Translations under genes and position numbers: made by a program | The notes under the pieces: generated by a model | The model's database searches: none | What the model was told of the DNA's origin: nothing | What the model saw: the letters and a program-made list of their open reading frames with translations, nothing else | Assembly (NCBI GenBank): GCA_963782055.1 | Contig: CAWAIF010000003.1 | Span: 3,680,001-3,744,000 of the forward strand | Length of the DNA: 64,000 bases | From: an uncultured delta proteobacterium | Lineage (GTDB): Bacteria > Myxococcota_A > Polyangia > Polyangiales > Polyangiaceae | Reading direction: 5' to 3' | Shown: one piece after another, positions 40,550 to 50,674 of the stretch | Position numbering within the stretch: the stretch's first letter is position 1 | Layout: every line of letters starts with the position of its first letter

Positions 40550-41968
40550 GTGACCCAGGACGAAGGACCCAGCGCGTCGGTGCCGCCCCCGGCCGACTCG
40601 GTGCGCGAGATGGCGAGCGAGGAGTTCCTCTTCCACCTCTACCGCGGCGCCGAGATGCTCCAGGACGACCGCGTCCACGAGGCGAAGGAGGAGCTGGAGG
40701 CCGCCCTCGACCTGCAGCCGCGCGATCCGAAGGGTCAGGACCTGCTCGCGGTCGTCTACTTCCGCATCGGCCTCTACCCGCGCGCCATCCAGATCTACGA
40801 GGTGCTCCTGCGCGACAACCCGCGCGACACCTCGCTGATGATCAACCTGGCGCTCTGCTACCTGAAGACCGGCCAGAGCCCGGCGGCGCGCAGCGTGCTG
40901 GAGGAGCTGGTGCAGCTGGTGCCGGAGCACCGCCGGGCGTGGGGCTACCTGGGCCTCGCCTACGAGCGCCTGGGCGACTTCGAGAAGGCGGAGCAGTCCT
41001 TCGAGCGCGCCGGCCACGCGGCGATGGCGCGGCGCATGGCGCAGATGCGCCCGCAGAACTCGCTCCCGCCGCCCTCCGAGACGGAGCCCAACCGCGCCGA
41101 GCAGGCCGCCATCCGCGCCACCGCCGCCGTCGCCTTCCAGGAGCTGGACAGCGGCGAGCTCTCCTTCGCCCTCGCCGAGCCGGCGATGCGCCGGACCGAG
41201 TCGGGGACCTGGCGCGCGGTGGAGATCGGGGCCGCCGTGCGCACGTCGCCCTCGGTGCCCCCGCCCCCGCCCGCCGCGGCGCCCGCGCCCGCCGCCCACG
41301 CCTCCGAGCCCGCCGCGAGCCCCGCGCCGATGCGCCCGCCCCGGCCCTTCGGCGACGTGGTGCGCGACGGCCACCTGGTGCCGGCGCAGACCGACACGGT
41401 GACGATGCACCCCTCCGGCCTGGTGCTGGTGCAGCCCTCCGACTCCGAGCTCGCCGTGCGGATGGGCGCGGTGCGCAGCTACTCCGGCACGCTGCAGACC
41501 AGCATCCTGGAGCGACAGACCCGCACCCCCTCCAGCGAGCCCTTCGGCGGTCTGGGCGCGCCGCTGATGCGGATGAAGCACGGCGGCCCGGTGCTCATCG
41601 GTCCTCGAGCCGCCCACCGGCTGGTCCCGGTGCAGCTCGCCGGGGACATCGTCTTCCTGCGCGAGGACGTGGTGCTCGGCTTCGAGCTGCGCCTCACCTA
41701 CGAGAACGGCCGCCTCACCTTCGGCGAGGGCGAGACGCTCGCGGTCGTGCAGTTTCGCGGGGAGGGCGCGGTGCTGCTGGAGCTGCTCGATCCCATCGTC
41801 GCCCTGGACGTCACCTCCAGGCGCAGCGTGGTGGTGCGCCGCGAGTCCATCGTCGGGTGGCAGGGGCGCCTTCTCCCCCGCGCCCTCCCCATGAGCGAGG
41901 CGCCGTCCGGTCAGCGCGGCCTGCTCAGCTTCTCCGGCGACGGCGCCGTGCTCCTGTCGGGTCGGTGA
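40550..41968 (+). CDS. TPR + AIM24-like domain protein
   Basis: N-terminal TPR pattern (LAVVYFRIG, LALCYLKTG, YLGLAYERLG), Pro linker, beta-rich FLREDVVLGFE..YENG..VQFRGEG domain. Confidence 0.7.
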   Translation: MTQDEGPSASVPPPADSVREMASEEFLFHLYRGAEMLQDDRVHEAKEELEAALDLQPRDPKGQDLLAVVYFRIGLYPRAIQIYEVLLRDNPRDTSLMINLALCYLKTGQSPAARSVLEELVQLVPEHRRAWGYLGLAYERLGDFEKAEQSFERAGHAAMARRMAQMRPQNSLPPPSETEPNRAEQAAIRATAAVAFQELDSGELSFALAEPAMRRTESGTWRAVEIGAAVRTSPSVPPPPPAAAPAPAAHASEPAASPAPMRPPRPFGDVVRDGHLVPAQTDTVTMHPSGLVLVQPSDSELAVRMGAVRSYSGTLQTSILERQTRTPSSEPFGGLGAPLMRMKHGGPVLIGPRAAHRLVPVQLAGDIVFLREDVVLGFELRLTYENGRLTFGEGETLAVVQFRGEGAVLLELLDPIVALDVTSRRSVVVRRESIVGWQGRLLPRALPMSEAPSGQRGLLSFSGDGAVLLSGR

Positions 41969-42633
41969 TGGCGGACGCGGTGGACACCAAGAGCCCGGCG
42001 CAGCCCGGGGAGAAGCGGCCGCGACGCCGCTCTCTCGCCGAGGACGCGGTCAACATCCCCAACCTGCTGACCTTCGGGCGGATCGTGATGATCCCCCTCT
42101 GCCTCTACTTCCTGAACCTGGACACCCCGAGGGGCGGCTACTGGGCGTGCATCGTCTTCACCCTCGCCGCCATCACTGATCTGCTGGACGGCTACCTGGC
42201 GCGGAAGCTGGGGGTGGTGAGCGTCCTCGGCAAGCTCCTCGATCCGCTCGCCGACAAGCTCATCGTGATGGCGACGCTGGTGTGGATGGTGCCGATGGGC
42301 CGCATCCCGGTGTGGGTGGTCATCCTCCTGCTCGGCCGCGACATCAGCGTGACCGGCCTGCGTGGCGTGGCGGCGAGCGAGGGCGTGGTCATCGCCGCGG
42401 GCGAGGAGGGCAAGACGAAGACCGCCCTGCAGATGATCGGCATCATCGCCCTGCTCCTCGGCTACCCCTACCACCTTACCTACGCGGGCATCGACCTGGG
42501 CGCGCTGGACATGGTCCACGTCGGCCGGATGCTCGTCTACCTCTCCATCATCTTCAGCCTGGCGAGCGCCGCGCAGTACGTCCGCCTCTTCGCCCTCGCG
42601 GTGGAGGCGAAGCACGAGAAGGGCGCCGGCTGA
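41968..42633 (+). CDS. pgsA: CDP-diacylglycerol--glycerol-3-phosphate 3-phosphatidyltransferase
   Basis: NIPNLLT..R, TDLLDGYLARK....S.LGKLLDPLADK, GKTKTALQM. Confidence 0.93.
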   Translation: MADAVDTKSPAQPGEKRPRRRSLAEDAVNIPNLLTFGRIVMIPLCLYFLNLDTPRGGYWACIVFTLAAITDLLDGYLARKLGVVSVLGKLLDPLADKLIVMATLVWMVPMGRIPVWVVILLLGRDISVTGLRGVAASEGVVIAAGEEGKTKTALQMIGIIALLLGYPYHLTYAGIDLGALDMVHVGRMLVYLSIIFSLASAAQYVRLFALAVEAKHEKGAG

Positions 42634-42639
42634 GCTCGA

Positions 42640-44514
42640 TCAGGTCGCGTCCACGAACTCGCGGAACCAGAGCTCCAGGACCAGCAGCGTCCAGACGCGG
42701 TCGACGCTCCCTCGCCCCTTCTCCATGGCGTCGACGAGGTCCGCCACGTACTTGGGGTCGAAGAGGCCTCGCTCGCGGGCGCGGCGGTCCAGGAGCACGT
42801 CGCGCGTCATCTCGCGCAGGTCGGTGCGCATCCAGCGCTCCAGCGGCAGGGCGAAGCCGCGCTTGGTGCGGTAGAGGATCCGCGCCGGCACCAGGTCGCG
42901 CATCGCCTTGCGCAGCAGCCACTTGCCGCGCAAGCGCATCAGCATCCGCGCGGGCAGCCGCGCCGCGAGCTCCACGACCCGCCTGTCCAGGAAGGGGCAG
43001 CGCACCTCCAGGGAGTGGGTCATGGAGGCGATGTCCACCTTCACGTTGATGTCGTCGATCATGTACGTCTGCCAGTCCAGATCGCAGAGGCGCGCCATGG
43101 CGCTGGTGCCGCCGCTCTCGCCGAGCACCCGCGCGAAGCGGCGGACGGTGGCGTCGGTCGCCGCCTCGCGCATCGGGTCGAGGTACAAAAGGCGCTTGTC
43201 CTCGATGGCGAACTGGCCCACCAGGCGCGAGTAGCGCGAGGCCTCCCCCTCCTCGAGCCGGTCGGCGTACTGCGCCAGGTGGGGGACGAAGACGCGGCCG
43301 AAGGCGCCGAGCCCCACGCGGAAGGCCCCCTGCGCCGCCGCCGGCAGCGCGTCGTGGGCGTGGCCGAAGCGGGCCGTGGTGTAGCGTTTGTACCCGGCGA
43401 AGTCCTCGTCGCTCGCGTCGCCGGAGAGGGCGACGGTGACGTGCTGCCGCGTCATCTTCGCGAGGTAGTACATCGCGACCGCCGAGCTGTCGGCGAAGGG
43501 CTCGCCGTGGTGGCGCACCGTCTCCACCACCACGTCGGTCATCTCCGGGGAGACAATCTCCTCGTGGTGGTCGGTCGCGTAGCGCTTCGCCACCAGGCGC
43601 GCGAAGCGCACCTCGCTGTCGTCGGCGTGGGGGAAGCCGATGCTGAAGGTCTTGACCGCCCGCGTGCTCTGCGTCGCCATCAGCGCGACCACCGTCGAGC
43701 TGTCGACCCCGCCGGAGAGGAAGGCGCCGAGCGGCACGTCGGAGACCAGGCGCCGCTTCACCGCCGCGGCCAGCGTCTCGCGCAGCTCGCGCGCCAGGTC
43801 CTCCGCGCTGCCGCGCAGCTCCGGCCCGTGCGGCTTGCTCCAGTAGCGCACCGGCTCGGGCAGCGGCCCGCCGGGCTCGAAGACGGCGTGGTGCGCCGCC
43901 GGGAGCTTGAAGGTGCCGGCGTAGGCGGTCCGACGCGAGGGCACGTACTGCAGCGTCAGGAACTCGTCGATGGCGCCGAGGTCGACGTCGGGCCGCCGGT
44001 CGGGGAAGGCGCGCACCAGCGCCCCCACCTCCGAGGCGAAGGCCACGCCGTCGGGCATGCGGCGGTAGAAGAGGGGCTTCTGTCCGGCGCGGTCGCGCGC
44101 GGCGAGCAGGCGCCCGCGCGAGGCGTCGTAGAGGAGGAAGGCGAACATGCCGTCCAGCCGCGCCACGCAGCCCTCGCCGTGCTCCTCGTACAGGTGCAGC
44201 ACCACCTCGCTGTCGGAGTGCGAGCGGAAGCGGTGCCCCTTCTTCTCCAACTCGTCGCGCAGCTCGCGGAAGTTGTAGATCTCCCCGTTGACCACCACCC
44301 CGACCGTCCCGTCCTCGTTGAGGAGGGGCTGGTTGGCCTCCGGGCTCAGGTCGATGATGGAGAGGCGCCGGTGGCCGAGGACGCACGGCCCGCTCGACCA
44401 GAAGCCCTCCGCGTCAGGCCCGCGGTGGCGCAGCGCGCCGGCGATGCGCCGCACCGCCTGCTCGTCGCCCGCCGCGCGCCGGTCCAGGGCCAGGAAGCCC
44501 GCGATCCCGCACAC
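42640..44514 (-). CDS. asnB: Asparagine synthase (glutamine-hydrolysing) family amidotransferase
   Basis: MCGIAG, HRGPD, HRRLSIID, NGEIYN, FLSGGVDSS, EVRCPFLD. Confidence 0.95.
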   Translation of the reverse strand: MCGIAGFLALDRRAAGDEQAVRRIAGALRHRGPDAEGFWSSGPCVLGHRRLSIIDLSPEANQPLLNEDGTVGVVVNGEIYNFRELRDELEKKGHRFRSHSDSEVVLHLYEEHGEGCVARLDGMFAFLLYDASRGRLLAARDRAGQKPLFYRRMPDGVAFASEVGALVRAFPDRRPDVDLGAIDEFLTLQYVPSRRTAYAGTFKLPAAHHAVFEPGGPLPEPVRYWSKPHGPELRGSAEDLARELRETLAAAVKRRLVSDVPLGAFLSGGVDSSTVVALMATQSTRAVKTFSIGFPHADDSEVRFARLVAKRYATDHHEEIVSPEMTDVVVETVRHHGEPFADSSAVAMYYLAKMTRQHVTVALSGDASDEDFAGYKRYTTARFGHAHDALPAAAQGAFRVGLGAFGRVFVPHLAQYADRLEEGEASRYSRLVGQFAIEDKRLLYLDPMREAATDATVRRFARVLGESGGTSAMARLCDLDWQTYMIDDINVKVDIASMTHSLEVRCPFLDRRVVELAARLPARMLMRLRGKWLLRKAMRDLVPARILYRTKRGFALPLERWMRTDLREMTRDVLLDRRARERGLFDPKYVADLVDAMEKGRGSVDRVWTLLVLELWFREFVDAT

Positions 44515-45696
44515 CTAGTTGAGCTCCGCCTCTCCCCGCCGTGACCGTGCCGGGCTCGCGACCACGCCGCGCGCGGCGAGCACCCGCTCGTAGACGTCCA
44601 TCGTGCGGCGCGCCATGCGCGCCACGCCGAAGCGCGCCGTCGCGTGCAGGTGCCCAGCCTGCCCCATCGCCGCCCGCTCTTCCCGCGAGAGCGCGAAGAA
44701 GCGCTTGAGCGCCCGCGCGATGCCGCTCGCCCGGTTCTCGTCGCAGACCACGCCCTCGGTGCCGTCGGTCACCAGCCTGTCGGTGTTGGCGGCGTCGGAG
44801 ACGATGACCGGGGTCGCGCACGCCATGGACTCGATGACGGCGTTGGGCAGCCCCTCGTAGTTGGAGGCGAGGAGCATGCCGTCGGCGGCGCCGACGAGCT
44901 TCTCGATCTGCTTCACGATGCCGAGGAACTCGACGTGCGCGCCCAGCCCCCAGAGCGTCGCGTAGGCGCGGAGCGCCTCGCCGTAGATGGGCGGGGAGCC
45001 GCGGCCGGCGAAGAGCACGCGCACGTCGGGCGGGAGCTCCCCTGCCCGCTCCAGGCGGTGGAGTGCGCGCAGGATCTCCAGCTGGTTCTTCTGCTCGCAG
45101 ATGCGTCCGGGCACGACCAGCGTGCGCCGCCCGTCCATGCCCCAGATCCGCCGCTCGCGCGCGACGGTGGCGGCGTCCAGCGGGCGGAAGCGCGCGAGGT
45201 CCACCCCGTTCTCGATGACGTCGATGCGGTCGGCCGCGATACCGGCGCGGCGTACCAGCTCGTCGCGGATGCCGACGGAGTTGACGATGAGGGCGTCGGC
45301 CATGCCGTGGGTGATGCGCTCCCCGATCACGTGCTTGCGCGGCAGGCGGGTGCAGCGCACCGAGCTCACCACCGCGCGCACGCCGGCGAGGCGCGCGGCG
45401 ACGCGGCCGAAGATGTTCTCCCACCCCATGTACGTGTGGACGACGTCGGTCCCGAGATCGCGCAGCTCCCGCGTCAGCTTCTGCACCGAGAGCGGCGACG
45501 GGAACATGGGCGCGTGCAGGTGTCGCACGCGGTCGACGGGCAGCTTGTACCCGAGCTGATCGCGTTCGATGCAGGTGATCAGGCTCGGCTCGTAGCGCTG
45601 CAGGTCCAGCCTGCACATCAGCTCCGCGAGCTGGCGCTCCGCCCCGCCCTGCTCCAGCGAGTTGATGAAGAAGGTGACCCTGACCCTCGGCGCCAC
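44515..45696 (-). CDS. GT4 (GT-B) glycosyltransferase, paralog 1
   Basis: GGAERQL, IENGVD, KNQ, EGLPNAVIESMA. Confidence 0.92.
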   Translation of the reverse strand: MAPRVRVTFFINSLEQGGAERQLAELMCRLDLQRYEPSLITCIERDQLGYKLPVDRVRHLHAPMFPSPLSVQKLTRELRDLGTDVVHTYMGWENIFGRVAARLAGVRAVVSSVRCTRLPRKHVIGERITHGMADALIVNSVGIRDELVRRAGIAADRIDVIENGVDLARFRPLDAATVARERRIWGMDGRRTLVVPGRICEQKNQLEILRALHRLERAGELPPDVRVLFAGRGSPPIYGEALRAYATLWGLGAHVEFLGIVKQIEKLVGAADGMLLASNYEGLPNAVIESMACATPVIVSDAANTDRLVTDGTEGVVCDENRASGIARALKRFFALSREERAAMGQAGHLHATARFGVARMARRTMDVYERVLAARGVVASPARSRRGEAELN

Positions 45697-45812
45697 GCGG
45701 GGGTCGTATCACACCGCCACGCTCGACTGAAGTCCGGGAGGGTGAAGGTTTCCCGGGTCACACCGCGACCCCCCGAATACGCGCGAAGTGCGGGGTCGGT
45801 TGCATCGGACGC

Positions 45813-46700
45813 CTAGCCGAACACCCCCACCTTCGACGGCATGGATTGGGGGTTGAGCACCGGCACCGCCCGGTCCAGCCTCCGCTTGGCGTCGCGCACC
45901 CTGCGCCGGAGCCCCTGCGGCTCCTCCACGCGCGCCTTCTCCTCCCACTCCCGCACGTACTGCCCCTGCTGCGGCACCTTCCCGGCCGTCGAGCGCTCCG
46001 TCTTCTCCACCACGAACCACAGCCCCGCTACCGTGACGCCCGACGCGCGCACGTCGTGGAAGCGGGCCGTCACGCCGTCCAGGGCACCCGGCGCGTAGCG
46101 GTAGACGGTCCAGGGGGACTCGAAGTCGCGCGCCTGGAAGACGTAGGCGGTGACGATGTCGTAGTCGTTGGCGGCGTAGTAGTCCCAGAAGAGCGCGGGC
46201 GAGAAGGAGTAGAAGCCGTGGTCGATCTGGTTGGAGCAGGGCGCCATGTGGATCGCGCGCCCGCCAATCTTCAGCGCCGCGTGGACGTTGCGGAGCGCCG
46301 CGGGCAGGTCGAAGACGTGCTCCAGGGTGCCGCCGTTGTAGGCGAGGTCGAAGCGGCCGTGCAGCGAGGTGGGGAGCGGCTCGTTCAGATCGCACACGAG
46401 GTCGGCGCCCTCGAAGGCGGACGCGTCGACGCTGCGCACCTCGTCGAAGCCGAGGGCCTCGAAGAGCTCGCCGTCGTCCATGCCCAGGCTCCCCATGGTG
46501 GCGCGCCGCCGATCGCTCCCCTTCTCCTCCACCCTCGCCAGCGTCACGCCGCGCGCGGCGGCCCACGCCGCGAGCTCCTCGCGCGTGAAGACGCAGTCCT
46601 GCCGGCCCAGCTCCAGCGCCGCCCCGGAGAACGGCCGGCGCGCATGCTCGGCCAGGAGGAGCTGCGCCGCCGCCTTCGCGATGCCCATCGGCGCCACCAT
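45813..46700 (-). CDS. Class I SAM-dependent methyltransferase
   Basis: ALELGRQD, SVD, CDLN, GGTLEHVFD, LKIGG. Confidence 0.8.
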   Translation of the reverse strand: MVAPMGIAKAAAQLLLAEHARRPFSGAALELGRQDCVFTREELAAWAAARGVTLARVEEKGSDRRRATMGSLGMDDGELFEALGFDEVRSVDASAFEGADLVCDLNEPLPTSLHGRFDLAYNGGTLEHVFDLPAALRNVHAALKIGGRAIHMAPCSNQIDHGFYSFSPALFWDYYAANDYDIVTAYVFQARDFESPWTVYRYAPGALDGVTARFHDVRASGVTVAGLWFVVEKTERSTAGKVPQQGQYVREWEEKARVEEPQGLRRRVRDAKRRLDRAVPVLNPQSMPSKVGVFG

Positions 46701-46738
46701 AGCGCACCGGCTGCCGGCCTGTGCTACGCCGCAGGCCC

Positions 46739-47539
46739 ATGACCGACCGGGCCGGCCGCGAGTACTGGGAGCGCGCGTGGGACGAGCGCGGCCTGCCCCC
46801 GCCGCTCGACCCCTTCGGCGAGAACCTCTCCTGCTTCGTCGACCGGGAGATGGACCGCTTCCTCACCCGGGCCTTCGCGGGCCTCCAGCCCGGCGCGCGC
46901 TTCCTGGAGGTGGGCTGCGGCAGCTCCGCCTGGCTCCCGTACGTGGCGCGGCGCTTCGGCTTCCAGGTGAGCGGCGTCGACTACGCCGACCTGGGCGTGG
47001 CGCAGGCGGAGGCGATGCTGCGGCGGGAGGGCGTGGAGGGGCGGATCGTCAAGGCGGACCTCTTCGACCCGCCCGCGGACCTCGTGGGCGCCTTCGACGT
47101 GGTGCTGAGCAACGGCGTGGTGGAGCACTTCGAGGACACCGCCGGCGTGCTGCGCGCCATGGCCCGCTTCGCGAAGCCGGGCGGGCGCGTCGTCACGGTG
47201 GTGCCCAACATGCACGGCGCGCCGGGCGCGGTGCAGCGCGTGCTCGACCGCGACGTGTTCGACGTGCACGTCCCCCTCTCGCGCGAGCGCCTCCGGGCCG
47301 CGAACGAGGAGGCGGGGCTGCGGGTCGAGATCGCCGAGTACCACTTCTTCGTCAACTTCGGCGTGTGCAACGTGCCGGAGTCGGCGCGAGGAGCGGGCGC
47401 GACGGCGCGCAGGGCGCTGCACAAGGCGCTGGTGGACGCCTCGCGCCTGGTGTGGGTGCTGGAGACGCACACCCGCCCGCTGCCGGCGAATCGCTTCCTC
47501 TCCCCTTACGTGGTGGCGGTCGGGCGGGCCGACCGCTAG
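46739..47539 (+). CDS. Class I SAM-dependent methyltransferase
   Basis: FLEVGCGS, GVD, FDVVLSNGVVEHF, KPGG..V.VVPN. Confidence 0.9.
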   Translation: MTDRAGREYWERAWDERGLPPPLDPFGENLSCFVDREMDRFLTRAFAGLQPGARFLEVGCGSSAWLPYVARRFGFQVSGVDYADLGVAQAEAMLRREGVEGRIVKADLFDPPADLVGAFDVVLSNGVVEHFEDTAGVLRAMARFAKPGGRVVTVVPNMHGAPGAVQRVLDRDVFDVHVPLSRERLRAANEEAGLRVEIAEYHFFVNFGVCNVPESARGAGATARRALHKALVDASRLVWVLETHTRPLPANRFLSPYVVAVGRADR

Positions 47540-47812
47540 TAGACCCTCCCCGTCCCCCAGTGGAAGCCGACGCCCAGGTGAGGCCCGTGAATGGTCGCGC
47601 TCAGTCCCACCTGACGGACCGGAATGCGCGCAGAGAGCCGACCGCGCGCGAACGCCGCGGTCGGCGCTCAGGTCCCCGGCGTTCACCGGCGTGCCCGCGA
47701 CAGGGCCCCGCCCGCGGTCCGCCGCGGCATCGGACTCACCGGACAGGCCACAGCACCGCGCAGGCGCAGAGCCCGGCGGCCAGCACCGTCAGCCCGCAGC
47801 GGCGAACCGCGG

Positions 47813-48682
47813 TCACGTGGGCACCGCGTGCGCGACGCGGGCGTGGTGCCGTCTGGACCACACCTGGTAGGGCAGCGTGACGAGCGCGGCCACGACCAGA
47901 TAGAGCAGCAGCGCGGCGACGAGGGGCCGCTGCTCGACCGCCGTGGCCGACGCGACGACGAAGGCGACGCCGGGGTGGCGCGTGGAGGTCATCAGCGCCA
48001 GGGCGGATCGCTCGTCGGAGTCCGGGCCGCCGAGCAGGTGACCCGCCACCAGCCCGACGACGACGAAGGCGACGATGGCGGCGAGCGTCCCGTTGCCGAG
48101 CAGCGCGACCATCGCGGGGGCGAGGACGACCAGCACCGGCACGGCGCCCGCGACGAGCAGCACGAGCCCCACCACGGCGACCGGCTTCGCCGCGCGCCCG
48201 GCGAAGCGCGCGGCGAAGCGGCGAACCAGCATGCCCACCGCGAGCGGCACCAGGATCGAGAGGGCGACCACCGCGACCAGCCTGGACAGCGAGACGTGCA
48301 CCGTCTTCCCGAACAGCGCGGCCATCCCATCCACCGCCAGCGGCACGAACACGATCGCGAGGGCCGTCGCCGCGACGAGCAGACCGACGATGTACGCGGA
48401 CCCGCCGCCGGACTTCAGCGCCTTGCGCGGGAGCAGCGGCGGGATGGGCGCCACGGCCAGGGCCATCAACGCGACGGCGACCGCGGGGCGCAGCTGGAAG
48501 AGGAGGGCCAGCCCCACCGCGAACGCCGGCATGATCACGTTCATCGCCAGCAGCGCCTTGCCCAGCTTGGCGGGTCGCTCGACGAGGTACGCGGCGTCGC
48601 CCCTAACCGCGCCGAGGCCGAGCGCGAGCACCGTCAGCACGACGCCCAGCTTCACCGCCAGCATGATCAACGTCACCGCCAT
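47813..48682 (-). CDS. Bile acid:Na+ symporter (BASS) family transporter
   Basis: About 9 TM helices; LAMNVIMP, APIPPLLP, GHLLGGP...ALALMTSTRHPGVA. Confidence 0.8.
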   Translation of the reverse strand: MAVTLIMLAVKLGVVLTVLALGLGAVRGDAAYLVERPAKLGKALLAMNVIMPAFAVGLALLFQLRPAVAVALMALAVAPIPPLLPRKALKSGGGSAYIVGLLVAATALAIVFVPLAVDGMAALFGKTVHVSLSRLVAVVALSILVPLAVGMLVRRFAARFAGRAAKPVAVVGLVLLVAGAVPVLVVLAPAMVALLGNGTLAAIVAFVVVGLVAGHLLGGPDSDERSALALMTSTRHPGVAFVVASATAVEQRPLVAALLLYLVVAALVTLPYQVWSRRHHARVAHAVPT

Positions 48683-48711
48683 GGGCACCTGCCTCGCCTG
48701 CGTCCCGGGCG

Positions 48712-48727
48712 TGCAGCGGGCGTGCCA
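48712..48727 (-). promoter_or_regulatory. Candidate sigma54 promoter
   Basis: Minus strand TGGCACGCCCGCTGCA, 30 bp upstream of ATG 48682. Confidence 0.6.
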
Positions 48728-49142
48728 CCATGCGGAGCACGCCAGGCGCTTGCCTTGCAAGCGCACCGCACCGTCTGCACCGGACGGAAGCCCTCGCGCA
48801 CCGCGGCGTGGACTCCTTCTGGAGCATCACCTTCGCGGCGCCTCCCGCGCGACCGCGAGGTCCTCGTCACGCGCCGGTCCGGCCAGCGCGCGTACACCGC
48901 CACGCGCATCCATCCTGCTGCAGCACGGGTTCTAGGCGCGCAACCTCGTCGACGGGACGCTCTCCCGGGCGATGCTTGCGTCCGGGTGAGCGGCCGACAG
49001 GTGATCCGCCTCCAGGGCCCGCCGAGGGCGCCGGCCGTGGTGTTTCGCCCCTGCGCGCGCGAAGGCGTGGCGAACGGGGCCCGCGACGCGCGCGCGCACT
49101 CCACATGGCGAGGCATTCCTCGGGCGCACGTCGCCTCCCGAG

Positions 49143-49158
49143 CGGCGCGCGCATTGCA
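49143..49158 (+). promoter_or_regulatory. Candidate sigma54 promoter
   Basis: CGGCGCGCGCATTGCA fits GG-N10-GC with TTGCA, 18 bp upstream of ATG 49177. Confidence 0.45.
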
Positions 49159-49176
49159 AGCCTGACGCGTCACCCC

Positions 49177-50562
49177 ATGGCCCACGACACTCTCCCCGAC
49201 ACCGCCCCGCCCGCGTTCCACTTGCTGGCCAAGCCGAGCGGCTCCACGTGCAACATCGACTGCAAGTACTGCTTCTTCCTGTCCAAGGAGGCGCTCTACC
49301 CGGACGACGACCACCGGATGTCCGACGAGACGCTGGAGGCCTACATCCGCCAGCTGCTGCAGTCGCATCGCACCCCGGAGGTGACCGTGGCATGGCAGGG
49401 CGGCGAGCCGACGCTGATGAAGCTCCCCTTCTTCGCGCGCGCGGTCGACCTCGTGGAGAAGTACCGGCGCCCCGGCCAGGTGGTGCAGCACACCTTCCAG
49501 ACCAACGGCATCCTGCTCGACGACGCCTGGTGCGCCTTCTTCAAGAAGCACGACTTCCTCGTCGGCCTGAGCGTGGACGGCCCGCGCGAGCTGCACGACG
49601 CCTACCGCGTCGACCGCCGTGGCCAGGGCACCTTCGACCTGGTGATGAAGGGCTGGCGCCAGCTACGCCGCCACAGGGTCGAGTTCAACGTCCTCTGCAC
49701 CGTCAACGCGGCGAACGAGGAGCACGGCCGGGACGTCTACCGCTTCTTCCGCGACGAGCTCGGCGCCAGGTGGGTCCAGTTCATTCCCATCGTCGAGCGG
49801 GCGACCCAGGACACGATCGCGATCGCCAACATGGGCTGGAGCAAGGACCGCAAGGGCAAGCGCCTGCTCTACACGCAGTCCGGTGACCTGGTCACCGATC
49901 GCACCGTCGGGCGCGAGCAGTACGGCCGATTCCTCGTCGACGTCTTCGACGAGTGGGTGCGCCACGACGTGGGCGAGGTCTTCGTCCAGCTCTTCGACGT
50001 GACGCTGGAGGCCTACTTCGGCCGTCACCTCCTGTGCGTGCACGCCCCGACCTGCGGCGACGGGCCCGTGCTGGAGCACAACGGCGATCTCTACTCGTGT
50101 GATCACTTCGTCGAGCCGCGCTACCGGCTGGGCAACATCCACGAGACGCCCATGCTGGAGATGATCGCCTCGCCGGAGCAGCGCAAGTTCGGCGACGACA
50201 AGCGCGACACGCTCACGGCGCAGTGCCGGGGCTGCGAGGTGAGGTCGCTCTGCAACGGCGGCTGCCCGAAGGACCGCTTCTCCGCGTCGCGCGACGGCGA
50301 GCCGGGCCAGAACTACCTCTGCCCCGGCCTGGAGCTGTTCTTCACCCACACGCGCCCCGCGATGCGCGTCATGGCGGAGCTGCTGCAGCGAGGCCGGGCG
50401 CCGTCGGACGTGATGGCGTGGATCGCGCAGGAGGACGAGCAGCACGGGGTCCACCGGCCGTGCCCCTGCGGGAGCGGCGTGGCGTTCCGCGCTTGTCACG
50501 GCAACGAGACAACCGTGGGGGAGTACGCGTCCACTGTCGTGGAGCGAGCGAATCATCCCTGA
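49177..50562 (+). CDS. Anaerobic sulfatase-maturating radical SAM/SPASM enzyme with C-terminal SEC-C motif
   Basis: KPSGSTCNIDCKYCFFL, WQGGEPTL, QTNG, YSCDHFV, CRGC..LCNGGCPK, CPCGSG..F..CHG. Confidence 0.92.
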   Translation: MAHDTLPDTAPPAFHLLAKPSGSTCNIDCKYCFFLSKEALYPDDDHRMSDETLEAYIRQLLQSHRTPEVTVAWQGGEPTLMKLPFFARAVDLVEKYRRPGQVVQHTFQTNGILLDDAWCAFFKKHDFLVGLSVDGPRELHDAYRVDRRGQGTFDLVMKGWRQLRRHRVEFNVLCTVNAANEEHGRDVYRFFRDELGARWVQFIPIVERATQDTIAIANMGWSKDRKGKRLLYTQSGDLVTDRTVGREQYGRFLVDVFDEWVRHDVGEVFVQLFDVTLEAYFGRHLLCVHAPTCGDGPVLEHNGDLYSCDHFVEPRYRLGNIHETPMLEMIASPEQRKFGDDKRDTLTAQCRGCEVRSLCNGGCPKDRFSASRDGEPGQNYLCPGLELFFTHTRPAMRVMAELLQRGRAPSDVMAWIAQEDEQHGVHRPCPCGSGVAFRACHGNETTVGEYASTVVERANHP

Positions 50563-50674
50563 CCACGGCAGGAAGCCGGGCGCCCTGGCGCTCCGACGCG
50601 TTCGTGAAGTCCCCCCTCGCCGGAGGCCTGCGTCCTTCAGAGCAGCCGGGACCACCGAGCCCGCTCGGCAACGG

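Noticed and set aside
42640..44514. asnB-like gene as a lasso peptide cyclase
   Set aside because: It has an intact Cys-led glutaminase domain, no B protein or precursor nearby, and glycosyltransferase context.
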